64,000 bases of DNA from NCBI GenBank assembly GCA_023515725.1, contig JALDTO010000164.1, forward strand, positions 186,001 through 250,000, read 5' to 3'. Below are positions 43,269 through 56,667 of this stretch, in pieces. The notes under the pieces are model-generated. The model had not been told where the DNA came from. It made no database searches and was given only the letters and a program-made list of their open reading frames with translations. The DNA comes from Amoeboaphelidium protococcarum X5. Taxonomy: Eukaryota > Fungi > Aphelidiomycota. Numbering within the stretch: position 1 is the first letter of the stretch; every line of letters starts with the position of its first letter. The position numbers and the translations under genes were made by a program.

Positions 43269-44661
43269 ATGTCTATCGTGGTTGACACCACAAAGAATTG
43301 TAAAGCAGTTAGTCGCTCTAGAGTACGCCGCTATTTTTTATTGTGTGTTTAATTATCCACTATGTATTAAACGTGTGTAGATTCGACTTTGTAATATATC
43401 TTCGCTGGAGTTTCGCAATCTTCCGTAGACAACTTTGTATCTTGACTGCATCTGGTGTTGCGTTTATCGCGTTCACGACGGACAAAAGTTATGGCAGAGT
43501 TAAGAATTATCTCCATTTATTAATGGATTCATTCGGTGTGCATTTAAGGCCTTCATAAATTAGAGCCGCGATCACTGCAATACTCCTGCGAACGAGACTG
43601 GCGTAATCATCAGATTGTGTGGTAGAAAAGATTAGGTTGATTACGTTCTGATGCAATGGAATATAGAGTTTGCTGCTCTCTATCAATTATCGTCGTTAAA
43701 ATTTTAAAACTTTGCTGAGAACACCCTTATATTTGTGGACTTGAACGGATATTGCTATTGTAATGGCGAATCCGTAGATGCAGATGTGCCAAAGCTTTCA
43801 TTTTGTTCCGTCTCTGGTGGATATAAAGCACCTAGCATCATTAATCGGCTGTAGATTCAAGAAATTGTTAGGTACCGATAAGCTATTAACGATATCATAT
43901 AATAGTCTTAGAAGATTTAAAGCTCATTGAATGGAAGTTGCAAAGAGTTCAATGATGGAGATACTAAGAATGCGTAGCGATTGCGGCTTTAACATCTATC
44001 TAGATTGATTGCGACACAAAAGGCTTCTAATCAAAAGTTGCAAGACTTGTTGGGCAATCGGATGAAGATATTGACATAGACGTAGTAAAGAATATCCGTT
44101 GCTAAGGCTTAATTAAGCAGCAACGTTACGACTCTTGGTAGAATCAGAAATGAGACTACGAAAGCTCAAAGCTTAATCTTATCCAAGTTTCAGTAAATTG
44201 ACTTTTACTCTGCAATATACATCCAAAAGTTATCAAATACATTCTAGTTTGACGCGTTAAATCAGACTATACTTAATCTCGAACTATGCTGTGATGGTGC
44301 TGATGGCATGGAATCTAAATCTAGTGGAAATTAAAGCAAGAAGACTTAAGCGCTTTATCACTCTACTGCTAATGGATATCTCTGCTGCCTAGCGGTATTG
44401 ATAGCTAAATATTTACAGATACCTTTGAGATTTCCGCTATTTATGGACGTATCTCAGGTGAAGCTATTTGATTTTATGTAAATCGTAGACGCTCAAAGCG
44501 ATGAATCTGAAGCCATGTTCATGCTTAGTAAGAACTTGGATTAGATTCTAGAGAGTGTTCATATCAGAGTGATGGAAGAGTCATCCTCTCCTGCGCGTAA
44601 GCTTGGTATACTTTTGGAATTTTTATAAAATACTAGGACACAAGTAATTCGTGAAGCTTGA
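43269..44661 (+). CDS. UVRAG: UVRAG/Vps38-like PI3K complex II subunit
   Basis: IRLCNISSLEFRNL and FAENTLIF (C2-like), coiled coil, STANGYLCCLAVLIAKYLQIPLRFPL and AMFMLSKNLDQIL (BARA-like); one intron. Confidence 0.75.
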
Positions 44662-45642
44662 AAACGTCATATATGCTTACTTTTGTTACTCTTATATTTA
44701 TTATTAAGATTACTACATTCCTAGAACATTTAAGCCAGCAGATATGAAGTCTTTCAGAGCGTCTTTCAAGTTGATCATGCGGCCACCTTTAAACTTGAAT
44801 ACCAGCGCAACAATCATCGCAATAGTCAATAACACTACTGGGAGTTCATTTTATTTTTATAGAGACATCAATAAGCTAGTCATAAACTTGAAAGTCTTTC
44901 CACTGATACTAGCCTTTCTCTAATTCTCAACAACATTGGTACTAGGAGTAGTAGTTGGTTTCTGTGGTTCATCTAGCTCTTACGGACTTTAGTCATTGAT
45001 TAAGGTATCCACCTTCTACTATGCCTCCACGTTAGAAGAACTATTTAGGTTCTCATTGTCTCCGAGCGACACATCTTATGTAAGATTGCCTTCATCAATA
45101 AAGACATCTTTTTAGGTATCTAGAAATTATGCCTTGCGCTGAGGAGTATGAACTTCCTGGAGACGCTCCTTCAGTAACTGTATGCGATCATCGCCAACAA
45201 CACCAACGTCTAAATTCTAAATAAGTTCCATAGAGTATTCGAAATCTTCTTGAGGCGACAGCAAACTGCACGTGTATAATTCAACAATACAGGCAATCTA
45301 CTCGGCATCAGATTCGGCATAGTTTAACAGACACCATTCACAGTACTCCTTCGCTTCATCAACAAGCCGACACTGAGCCAACATACTAGCCACCGCGAAA
45401 AGTACCATAGAGCCAGCCAATGCATTTTACTATAGCTTAATTGCCACATTTGAATCCAGAAGTTTAGCATTCAAATCACATAGCTAGATGATCTGACTTG
45501 CATTTAAGTCAATGCCTTAACCAGCGGTCACCTTTTGAAGTAAACTCTTACTCTTGGTCTTGTCTCCTTTATAATAGCTCTTTATAGCAGAATCGATTAA
45601 TCGCTAAGTGTTAGACATTGATCCTAAATCGTTCCGAAGCAT
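44581..45642 (-). CDS. PEX26: Peroxin PEX26-like tail-anchored protein (3' end uncertain)
   Basis: EAKEYCEWCL, IVELYTCSLL...EDFEYSMELI (compare fungal Pex26 ELY.LHVLP...WEYA.EFI), low-complexity linker, TM VVLLTIAMIVALVF, then basic segment and ISAGLNVLGM. Confidence 0.6.
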
Positions 45643-46255
45643 TTGGGTAGATATAAGGGCAATGAATCTCTCTCACAATTGCCAGTACTGCCTTGAAGAA
45701 GAAAGAACGAACGCGCACATCAATGATCGAGATGAGTTATCATAGAAAGAGCGCGCTTTAAAATTAAATTATCGTTTTGATGAATTCAATTGAATGTACG
45801 TGGTGGTATATTTCGCATCAAGTTCCCAAAAAAACTAACTAACCGATCGATTCATTTGACGTTCTGCTTATATCGCTATGGAGACTTCCTTTGCTCTTCC
45901 TCTCACATGAACTATACGTGCTATGATTAACTGACTCTTTTGAGCTCTTCAATGTTATTATTTCCCCACTCTCAGTATATAACTCGTATAAAATTGACCA
46001 AACTTACTTTTTGCGGGATGAAATTTAACTTTTAATCATGGCGCATAAAACAAAGTGTCGAGACTTGAAGAAACACTGTGATGTCTTAGTTACAGAAAAC
46101 ACAGGCTATTTATAGACACTTGTCCACTCACTTACTCTTTGATTCAAGGGACTGCGGTTTCATCTCCTAGTAACATCACATCTCTGTTTAAACAATTGCT
46201 GTAACTCCTCTATCTTCTAAAGCAATAATATTAAGTATAATCAGAAGAAAGATAA

Positions 46256-49200
46256 ATGGAGGTGGAATAGTAGACATCGAACAGGGGATCATTGAACAAG
46301 TTGAATGAACAGTCCGCTCAAGGTGAAACAGCAAATCAATCTCCCCACGGCCCACTGCAGCCGCGTTTATCAGCAAGCATCGCTGATCTGAAACAAGAGA
46401 GTGCGAATAGTGTCAGTGAGGCTATAGTTTAGCAGTAGGTATCTGATGCTTTGAATGGTGGTGACTATCTGCCTGGGTAGGACGAGTCGCTGGACCCGTA
46501 GCTGTAGTAGTAGCAGAGCTTTGTTGATGAATAGATTGACGCTGTTGAGTTGACGAGACGTAAGGTGATTGCTGTACAGTGGTTGCAGTAACTGTTGGCG
46601 TAGGATAATATCAATCTGATTCCTGGTGGCAATCTTGATGATATTGATAGCATCCTAAAGTTGAATCTGCATGATCAATTGAAATCAGGTGCATTGCTGT
46701 GCAAGGCTTTGAACATACTTATGACTGCCAATCCGTCCTTTACCGCTGCCAATTTACCGCCTATTGAGATTAATGAACGTACCGACATGTTTGCCTCTCT
46801 GACTAACTTGAATAACTTTGTGCGTACCAGCGAGTTGTATTTTAATGTGGACCGCTTTCGTCTATTTGATCCTATTGAGGTTTTGTAAGCTGATGGTGTG
46901 TCTGCTGACAGTGAAAGTCGATTTATTAAAGCAGTGTACTTCCTCAAGTTGGTGGTTGAAGAAACTGGTCTAGATTTTCAGGTGTATAGTGCAAAGCCTT
47001 TTGCCACTTTGACTTTTGATCAGATTAGTCAGTTGGTGTCCATGATCTCAACCAGCCCGTCGAATCCTGTTGTAGCCTATGATCCTCGCGTTGTTATGAG
47101 CGTATAGGATACTGAGGCCTTCTAAAGACTTTCTAGTAAGCTAGATGCTGTGGAGACTAGTCACAAATCTTTGTCCATGCTGACTTTTCAGATTGGTAGT
47201 AGATTTGAGCAGCTGCAGAAAGATTAGGAGGTGATAAAGAAGAAGTTGGATAATCTGGTCGGTGGTGTATTGGGAGCTTTCGATGAGGTATCGCATAAGT
47301 TGCGCGATCTGAAAGAAGTCACTGATATTGTTGGCAATTCTGCTTTAGGATTGCATTCTATCGTCTAGTTGATTGAAAATAAGAACGTGCAAGCCAATTC
47401 TGCCATTCTGGAGGCATTAGCTAAAGCTCAGCATGTGTAAGCTGGATAATCGACTGCCTTTGATGATCATAAGGCGTCCACAGCTTACAAATCGCTATTG
47501 GCTGAGGCTAAAGCTAATGGTAGTGCTAGTACAGAAAGTCGTAAAAGTTCATCCAATTTGGCTCAGTCACCATCTGCAAGAATCAGCACCTCAGTTCCAG
47601 TCAGTCCAAGTACACCTTCTCCAATGCTGGCTCAGAGTCCTTAGTAGAGCTCTGCTGCCAAGGTGTTCAAGTTGCCTGATGAAGTTCTAGCCATGAATCT
47701 CCCTAAAGATGAGTTGATGCGTCAAAGTGTACTGTACGAGTTTATCGAAAGCGAGTAGGATTACGTTCGAGATGTGAATGTCATGTTGGAGTATCATTAT
47801 AAAAAGTTGAAGTTTGGCAGACTGCTGGATGACGCGTAGCTGAAGCAAATGTTCTCCAATCTGGAAGAGTTGTTGCCAGTAAATAAAAAGTTTCTGGCTC
47901 AGCTGAACAAGAGACAATCTGAAAATTGTGTCATTTCTGGCATTGCCGATCTAGTCCTTGATGTCGCTCCGCAATTCAAAGTGTATGACATTTATTGTGC
48001 CAATTATCAATCCGCGTTGTCGCTGTATAAGGCACTCAAGTCGAGAGATGACATTAAATTGTACTTGGAAAAGTCAATGAATCAGCCAGAATGTCGCGGT
48101 CTGTCGTTGGAGTCCTTCTTGATCAAACCGGTACAAAGAATCTGCAAGTATCCTTTGCTGTTGCGTGAATTGATCAAGAATACGCCCAAGGGACATTCTG
48201 ATCACCAACTGCTTGAATCTGCCATGCAAAAGATTGAGGAGGTTTTGAACTCGATCAATGAAAAGACCAGAGCTGTCGTGGATAGAGAAAAGCTTTTGGA
48301 GTTGCAGTCAAAGATTGAAAGTGCATTGCCGTTGAACTTGGTTGTAGATGGTAGACGTATAATTAGAGAAGGAGCATTGCAGCGCGTAAATAATGGAAAG
48401 ACTAAAGATCGTCAGTTTGTGCTACTAAATGATTATGCTATTGTATTCAAGACTTCTGGAAAGCAAGGTACAAAACTTTAGTATGAATCTCACATTGAAC
48501 TTGTGAGAAGCTTGGTGAATCCAAACCCAAACATCAAGTTGGCAGGTGGTAACAACGCGTCTGGATAGAAATTGATCAAATTAATGTTTGAGATTGTCAG
48601 CGGATCTGAATCGTATGCTTTTGCCGCTCAAAGTGAACAAGATCGACTGAGATGGATGTAAATGTTAGAAGATGCCATCCGGGATGCTGTAGATTTGAGT
48701 CTTCCTTCTCTGGTTTAGTAGCTATCTCCTTCACCTTCTACAGTTGGCACAGCTCAGTCTGGTGGCGGTGGTGGTGCTTCGAGAAATAACTCTGTAAAGA
48801 CGGTGCGCACTGGCACCATTAGAAGAAAATCAAATTTTTTCGGATTGAATAATGGTAATAAGAGAGGCTCATAGGAGTCTGTGGCCGAGTTCCCTGAGGA
48901 GAATTCCCCAGCTTTGCAGTCATAGGCTAGCTTTGGCACTTCAGAGTCCAAGGGTCGTAAGAAGAGCATTGGCTCAATGATTGGCAATGATTTGATCTCT
49001 GAAGAGTCTTCACACAAGAGTGCCGATGAAATATCTGCTCAGAGTAGCGGTAATTTTAGACGAATATCTACAGCCTCTCAAATGGGTGTTGAAGGGCCAT
49101 AGGCTGTGAGTATTCCTGTCGCGTCACCCGCTGCGCCTCAAACTGTCCCATTGGAGGTACCTGGATATCCTACATGGCGCGCAGTTGACTCTGGATATGG

Positions 49201-49549
49201 TGCTTTCTACTACTTTAATGTTGAGACGCAGATAACTTCGTGGTATCATCCACAAATTCTTGCATAATAGTAGCAGTTGTCGCAGTAGTAACCTGAATAG
49301 TAATAGCCATAGCAGCAGCAGTCGCCTGAATAATAGACGGAGTAGCCAGCAGTGTAGCAATAGCCTCCTGTAGCGATTGCATTTGGAAGTATTGGGCCAC
49401 CATCTTCCCCACCACCTCAGTTACTTTCGAGTAAAGAGCAGTAGAATGGCGAATCTGTTAATGACGCGTCATAGAACAAAGATTAGCCAGAGACAGCCAA
49501 TGTTTAAGCTACAAGCTCTGATAATACTTAGAACTAGCAAGAGTAGTGA
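46256..49549 (+). CDS. Dbl-family RhoGEF with CH, coiled-coil, DH, PH and WW domains (1097 aa)
   Basis: LKSGALLCKALN (CH), RQSVLYEFIESEQDYV...FSNLEEL...SFLIKPVQRICKYPLLLRELIK (DH), PH domain, WRAV......YYFNVETQITSWYHP (WW) and Gln-rich tail. Confidence 0.9.
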
Positions 49550-49684
49550 TGATATCGATGAGAAGAACTTGAGCATAATTCAGTGATGTGATGATGAAGG
49601 GGTCTAGAAAATAAGAGATTTTCCAAATAATGACTTCATTTCAATTTAATCACACTACCCTTCTAATAGCTTCATACCGCTCTT

Positions 49685-50430
49685 TCACATGACCAACCGG
49701 TAAGTGACATATCTACCAGCAGTCTCAGAAGGCCTAATAATCTTCACCACATCTCCCCTTCTGAGACCAAAGTAACGAGCCACCGGATCACTCTGCAACA
49801 TTCGCGGCAACTGCGACTCTTTTAGTCTGTACCGCTTCAGCAACTCCGCCTTCTCCCCAGCAGTGAGTAGAACATGCTTAGGCACCAACTGATGCTCAGT
49901 GATATTGACCAACAACTCTGCTTCATGGAACATTTCAAACTTTAATTTCGGCAAATTCATCATCACCTACAACACAATCAACAATATATGTATATTCATT
50001 ACTATAAAATACATGATCACAATAAGAATAATAATACCTTGGCAGCAGCAGGAGTGATGTGATTGCGAATGACAACGATGGCGCGCATAATGCCCTTCTC
50101 ACTCATGGTCTGCACAAATGTTCTAATAGGCTTAACTCCCACAGACGTCTCTTCAGTGAAGAATACAATCAACTGATCAGATGGCTCATTCGCGTTGGTA
50201 AACATGAAGGCAAGAGCATCCCTATTAATCACAGAGCCAAACTGGTTCCTAAATTCATCCAGAGACAGATTAAATTCATTATCACCCACACTATATCCTC
50301 GATCCTTTGCCTACATTAATTGCGAATTATAATAAGATGGTCATTAGATTGAAATGAATCGTACCATCTTATGAATCGTCTTGTGCACCTTCCACAGCTT
50401 GACCAAATCTCTATCTTCTTATTATTACAT
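49685..50430 (-). CDS. RPB5: RNA polymerase I/II/III shared subunit RPB5
   Basis: [33 protein letters not shown]...[30 protein letters not shown]; two introns; starts ATG-TAA-TAA-TAA. Confidence 0.96.
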
Positions 50431-51884
50431 TCCTCTAAATTCAATATTACGCTATCGAAATATATATTTATCAGCAATTTATAATAATAATCGGACTGAT
50501 TGAATTGATGAAGATTGAATTGAATTTTCCAACTTTTCTCTCTCTCTCAAACTCAACGCTCTGCTGATTCCATCAATACAAGAAAGAATGTGAAAAATAA
50601 AGTGTATAAGGCTTGTTATTCATCAACTTGGACAACCAATAGTTGATGGATTTGGACCTATCTTTCTGTATACAAGCTCTGTGATAGTTCAGTCAGGCGA
50701 AAAATTATTTACACATTAATTGTAGATCGTGGCTTAGCTTAACCATTAGTAGAAAATCCCGAATTGATTTTGATGTTCTTTGGAGACTTGTATTATTGAT
50801 GCGTTCTCTCATCGCGTATAATATATTCTGCATTAATATGTTGGTAATGGGGGTCGATGCATGTATATATATTAAGGATGAAGTTTTAATATATTGGATA
50901 GATGACAAAACAGATGGTGGATCAGTTGACTGTCGCGCAAGTATTGAAGGTTGAATCGGATCTGAATTCTAAATTTCCGCCGGATAAAGCTCAACTGTTC
51001 AAGACTTTAATTTTTAATTCTATTATGTTTTGGTGTACTTGGCGCGATCTATTGGTTTTAATTGATCACATACTGGCTGCAATATGCTCCTGATATAGTC
51101 GACTCCTAGATAGTGGTAATAATTTTACCAAGGATTATATTTTATCGCTTACATGACTAATACGCATTAGTTACGCGTTGAACATTATTATGATAAACGA
51201 TGTGAATAAATTAATCTTTGATGAGAAGCATTACTTTGCAGGTGTCAAGAGTGACCGCTCTTAAAGATTTTATACAAGGGAGATAGTTTTCTCGTTATCG
51301 TTTATAGCTTTCATCCATCGATTTGGAGAGAGAGAGAGAGAGTGAGAGCGGAAGAGAGGAATTTTTTTGGGACGTTTCAATGCGAATGTGTCGCAAATGT
51401 TATAGAGTTGGGTGAAATGTTGCAAGTTCGTATGTAAATTTATTGGCGCCCACTCGAAACGAGACAATTACTTTATTTTTGGGGATGTTTAGTCAACGGT
51501 TGATCTTCAGAGCGCCCAAATCTAAATTTTCTTTTTTTTCTCTTAGAAAGTAGATGGGGCCTTCACTAATTCCATAATGACATTGTGATATTTTACAGAC
51601 TTTTAGGCGCGTAAATAATCGTTGTATGCGCGTCTTACACGTTGCCTTGTATTAAAAGCATTTAAGTCTTTGATGCTATCACTGATATGAAGTGATGTAA
51701 TCATCATAGAGATTGTCATGAGTATGTGATGAATTTACAATCGATTAGTCTTTCAGATTTTATAATGATGACAATTGCTTAAATTCTGATACTCATCACT
51801 ATTTTACTCTTCTAGAATTTGAATTTGTATACACAATAATTTTCATATTTATATTTAAACACACGTTCACACTAAAAAAAATAT

Positions 51885-52175
51885 TCATTTAGCAACAACA
51901 GCAGAGTGTTCCCTCCTGGTTGCTTCTTATAAGAGAGGAACCGCGACATCCTGCTTCTATAGATGCACATATCTAACAACACTACCGCGGATAAACGTGT
52001 CAGAAATTGAGGCGAGATACGGGTGTTTATCAGCATCCACCACTTCAATGTTATCCAGCTTAAAATTCATAAACTGGTCCACTGACACGAGAGTTCCCTT
52101 GATCTTGACATCATTCTTCAACTCCACAATCACCTACTTCCCGATTAGAGTCTTGAAAAATGAATAGAATAGCAT
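51885..52175 (-). CDS. LSM2: U6 snRNA-associated Sm-like protein LSm2
   Basis: MLFYSFFKTLIGKQVIVELKND..IKGTLVSVDQFMNFKL...FIRGSVVRYVHL...LLQEATRRE. Confidence 0.95.
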
Positions 52176-52623
52176 ATTTATTATTTACAGTTAAAGACTT
52201 TACTACAGGTAAATCTTAATGCTATTACTGAGTATGACGGCAAAGGGTCCGAGTTTGAAAAGATTCCAACTAAAGACGCGTACGTATCGAACTCCCAGAA
52301 AATATCCACAAGAGAAACTCTCACGACGGAGTATTTGGCCATTTCTTCGAGTCTCTCTTTCCCTTGCTCTGCTTTAAGAGAACGCACTAACGGTAAAAGA
52401 GGCGCTTCATCTCTCACCCGCCCGTTGTCTTTCTCTGTCTCTCTCTCTCTCTCAACTGCTCTGTTGTTGTTGCGACTATTTCCCTTCTCTTTCTTACTTG
52501 AAAACTTCCTATACACAACCCAGCATTTCTAAACTGCTTGGAATATTATTGACTTGAACAAGCATAGATTGTCAATCTGCTTGAAATTAATAAACTAAAC
52601 TAAACGAACCTGAATTTAAAATC

Positions 52624-53772
52624 ATGAGTGCTGAGATTTATCATTTGGTTAATGCACCTGTTACTGCATATGCGTTCAATGGAAACAACACCCAGTTGGC
52701 ATTGTGTGCCAATAACAATGATGTGTTGATATTCCAGCGTCCGAGTCCTACCAGTCAAGATTGGAAGTAGACTCATACTCTGGTTGGTCATGACAAGACT
52801 GTGACCTCCATGGACTGGGCTCCTCAGACCAACCGTCTGGTTACTTGTGCACAGGATCGTAATGCGTATGTCTGGGTGTTCGATGCAGGTAGCAACTAGT
52901 GGAAACCAACGCTGGTGTTATTGCGTATCAATAGAGCTGCCACTTTTGTTCGCTGGTCCCCTAATGAGTAGAAATTTGCCGTTGCCAGCGGAGCTCGTCT
53001 CATCTCTGTCTGTTACTTTGAACAAGAGAATGACTGGTGGGTGTCGAAGCATTTGAAGAAGCCCATCAGATCCACCGTGCTGTCTCTGGACTGGCATCCA
53101 AACAATGTCTTGTTGGCGTGTGGCTCCTCTGATATGAAGTGTCGTGTATTCAGTGCTTACATCAAGGGCCTGGATGAGAAGCCGGCCGCCTCTGCGTGGG
53201 GAGAACGTTTACCGTTTGGCACGCTGTGTGCAGAGTACGGTAATGGTCGTGGAGGTTGGATCCATGGTGTTGCCTTCAGCCCGACTGGTGATGAACTGGC
53301 ATGGGTTGGACATGATTCTGCCATCTACTTTGCTGATCCAGCCAAGAATTCAGTACAGGAGGTCAAGTTGAATATTTTACCGTTCATGTCCCTTGTGTGG
53401 GTTGGCTTTAATTCTGTTGTGGCTGCCGGTCATGAATGTGCGCCGTACGTTTATACTCGTAGTGGTCCTGGTGCCCAGTGGGGACAAGGCGAAAAGTTGG
53501 ATGTGGGTGGTGCTGGTGCAAAGAAGGCTGTGGGCGGAAACGCTGCTCTGAACAAGTTCAAGCAAATGGATAGCCGCGCCTAGGATTCTGGTCAAGGTGT
53601 GACATCTTCTGATTTGTAGACTGTGCACCAGAACTCTATCAATGGTATTCGCATCTATGAGATTCAAGGCAATGGTGCCAGCAAATTCTCTACCAGCGGT
53701 GTCGATGGACGTGTTGTCGTCTGGGATTTGAAGTCTTTGGAGTCTCAAATTGCTGGTCTAAAGATTAACTGA
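52624..53772 (+). CDS. ARPC1: Arp2/3 complex subunit ARPC1 (p41/Arc40)
   Basis: [84 protein letters not shown]. Confidence 0.96.
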
Positions 53773-53885
53773 TTATAACTATGAGACGATTGATTGAAAT
53801 GAATACGATTGGAATAGGAGTAAGGAGTTATAAGTTCGTTTTCACATTAAGAATTGATAATCTATACTAATGCTTTTCACAGTAT

Positions 53886-55208
53886 TCACTACCATTCATC
53901 TTCTGGATTTTGATTATTGGCAGTGCTATCATCTGCGGATAGATTTAAATCCAACAGCTCCTTTTCAGACATCTTCTTTCTCCTCTGCTCCAGGGCGAGA
54001 GCGAGTGAACTCATGAGATCATTACCAGATGATGTCGCTACTACTGATGACTTTCTCCTGGTATCAGCACCTGTCTAGTACTCACTCGGCTATTAATTAG
54101 AATCAGACGCATCCTAAGATTCGGTGGAAAGTAGACGGCGAGACCTGGTGCGCGCCTTTACAGTTACATGTGACACTTAAGTAGGAGGCGAGGATTATTT
54201 CTTACTCTTACCACGACTTTTAGGCCCTTTAATTCTAGAGGGAAGAGGCTTTAATCCTTTGGAGCCTCCAGCATTCCTTATAGACTCCATTAGAGAAGAT
54301 CGAGTGTCAGCTGGTTGAGCATTCTGTTGCTTCGTTGAAATAGGTAGTGCTACGGACTTTTATACAGCAGATGGCTACTTGAAAGATGGAGGCGGAGGAG
54401 GTGGTGGTGGTATACCAGATCCAATAACTTACATCTCGTTTTTAGCTTGTGACTGTACCATATCCGGGATTTAGGATGACGAGGTACCAACAATCGGTAC
54501 CACATTAGCTAAATCCAATCTCGGTAGTCCATGCATGCGTTTCATTTATTCATGTTAATGTTATAGAGAATCACCACCACCACCGCCAGCTATATCAAGA
54601 TCTCCACTAAAGCTTTTGGCCATTAAGTTCTCAATCGAATATTGCAGCAGTTCATTATCCAACTCGCCGAAATCAACCTGCTTAGATTCCAGCTATTCCA
54701 ATAGATCAAACAGCTATTATTCAATACCAACAGAAGAAGAAGGCTCTTATATAACAGATTAAGTATCCCCAATGTAATCTGCAGAATCAGGCCGCTATTG
54801 ATTCGAATGAGACTGTGAGATATTATCTCCAAAGCCTTAAATTAATGAGCCCAATAACGACGCGTCATGATCAAATGACACCAATGAATTATCCAACAAC
54901 TGTCGATCCAATTCAATCTTCAACTTTCCAAGATCATCGCCAATACTTTTGATTTCAATACAACATTACTGCCCATGTAGTGAATCTTATGCATCATTAA
55001 ATTATGACTGAGAATCACCAAGATTTTCAATATCCTTTAATATCTATAACTGATCAAGATCATCGTTAAAGGGATACCGCGGCATGGAATAAGTCTACAA
55101 TATAGCTCTTTGCTAGCTCTATGTCTTTAGATTATTTATTTACACCAAGCATTCCTCAATCCTTTGCTCTATTTACAGCCTCTTTGTATTTTATGAGGAG
55201 ATCTACAT
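53886..55208 (-). CDS. WASHC1: WASH1-like nucleation-promoting factor (440 aa)
   Basis: Poly-Pro, WH2 RSSLMESIRNAGGSKGLK, central GNDLMSSLALALEQRRKKMS and acidic EDEW terminus; SIR.AGG and DLMS.L...L..RRK are WASH-type signatures. Confidence 0.85.
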
Positions 55209-55644
55209 GATATGAGATATAATGATGAGGTGAGTATAAACGATGAAGTAAAACTAGCCTTACGCGTTATGATGCAGTGGCATATAGATTATCAAATGCG
55301 GATAATACTTGTTAGAATTCCCGGCTATAGTCAGCTTCATCATTAAACGGCCACTATAGATTAAGCTTCATTGTAATTGCTAAGCTGATCTAATATAGAA
55401 TTCCTCAAAGTAAATCTAAAAGAGTCAAAGGGTTAATTGATCTCGCCTAAGGATTTAAATAAGAACTTTCAAGCTAGTTAAAACTATTAAAGCGACATTA
55501 ACAGAGAATTTGAAATAGAAAAAAGCTATTATACGTAATAGCATACTATATATGCATAATCATAAACACTATAGCCATAAATACCAATAATATACAACAA
55601 GGAACTAGACAGACGAAGCATATGACCCAGAGAGAAACAATAGA

Positions 55645-56667
55645 TCATTAATCAGATTATGGGACTGATTGAGCATTATTAACAACTTCAGAAACGATGT
55701 TATCAATCATCCTGTGCTTTACAGGCCATGAGTTGAACATAATCTTGATTGATTACTAAGCAGCCGCGCCTAGAACAGTCAGAATACTCTGAATGATCAG
55801 TTTAGCACTCTAGTCACCAAGTGTCATCAGAGCATCAAATATCAGTTAAAGTCTTTTTCGAATGGATAATCTTGTCGATATCGTGGATCTTTAGGCATTA
55901 GATTTACGTTAATGTGGCATGAGAAGTTGAATGAACTTACCGGGCTTCTATTATTACACCGATAGTTCCATGTAGTCTAATGCTTTCTAAAAAGTGGCTT
56001 CCGCAATGTCTTTAGAATATAATCTGGATACTTGTGACCAACAATCACCGGGTAGACGTTCGCGCAAAGCTATTTGCAATCTGTCATTGTATCCAAACGT
56101 ATGCTTCTATGGCTCCATATCAAGTAGAGTCTGTGCCAGTACTTGAATCACTGGTTCCATAGGGGCGGGAGAGTATACTGTGCGCATAACATTCCAGTAG
56201 TACATCCTTAATGAATTGACAAGCATATAACACGCATTCTGTACTTGCAAGAGGTCCTGGAATAGTGCACGTACAGGCGGACTCAATTAGCGCATGACAT
56301 CACGCGTCATGACAAAGTCGACATCATTGATCTGGAGGAGCGATTGATCTCGTACCACAATCTCATACTGCTTGTCCATCTCCTCTTTCACAGACTTCCT
56401 TATCATATGTACCATAACCTTATACTGAATGTCGCGTTAGAATTATCTACTTCCCTCGCGCCATCCATTCAAGTACGATCCGAGACTGTTGAAGTGGATG
56501 CCAAAAGCAGCAGTATTAACCGCGGACCGTCCACCTCTAGGATTAATCAATTGCCGGTGTATAGAAGTGGATTGATCAGGAATTCGACTTTATGAACGCA
56601 ACAACTAACCATAAACTGCCAGCAGTACGACATTGACTAACAATACAAACTTTAATACGGCGATCAT
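55645..56667 (-). CDS. Orphan secreted, probably helical protein (340 aa)
   Basis: Signal peptide MIAVLKFVLLVNVVLLAVYG-Q; frame checked open to TAA-TGA at 55645-55650; no family recognised. Confidence 0.7.

Noticed and set aside
55405-55644. In-frame hydrophobic stretch after the TGA of the 340-aa secreted protein (possible read-through membrane anchor)
   Set aside because: T-rich 3' sequence translates as hydrophobic by chance, and the gene has the TAA-TGA ending common here.
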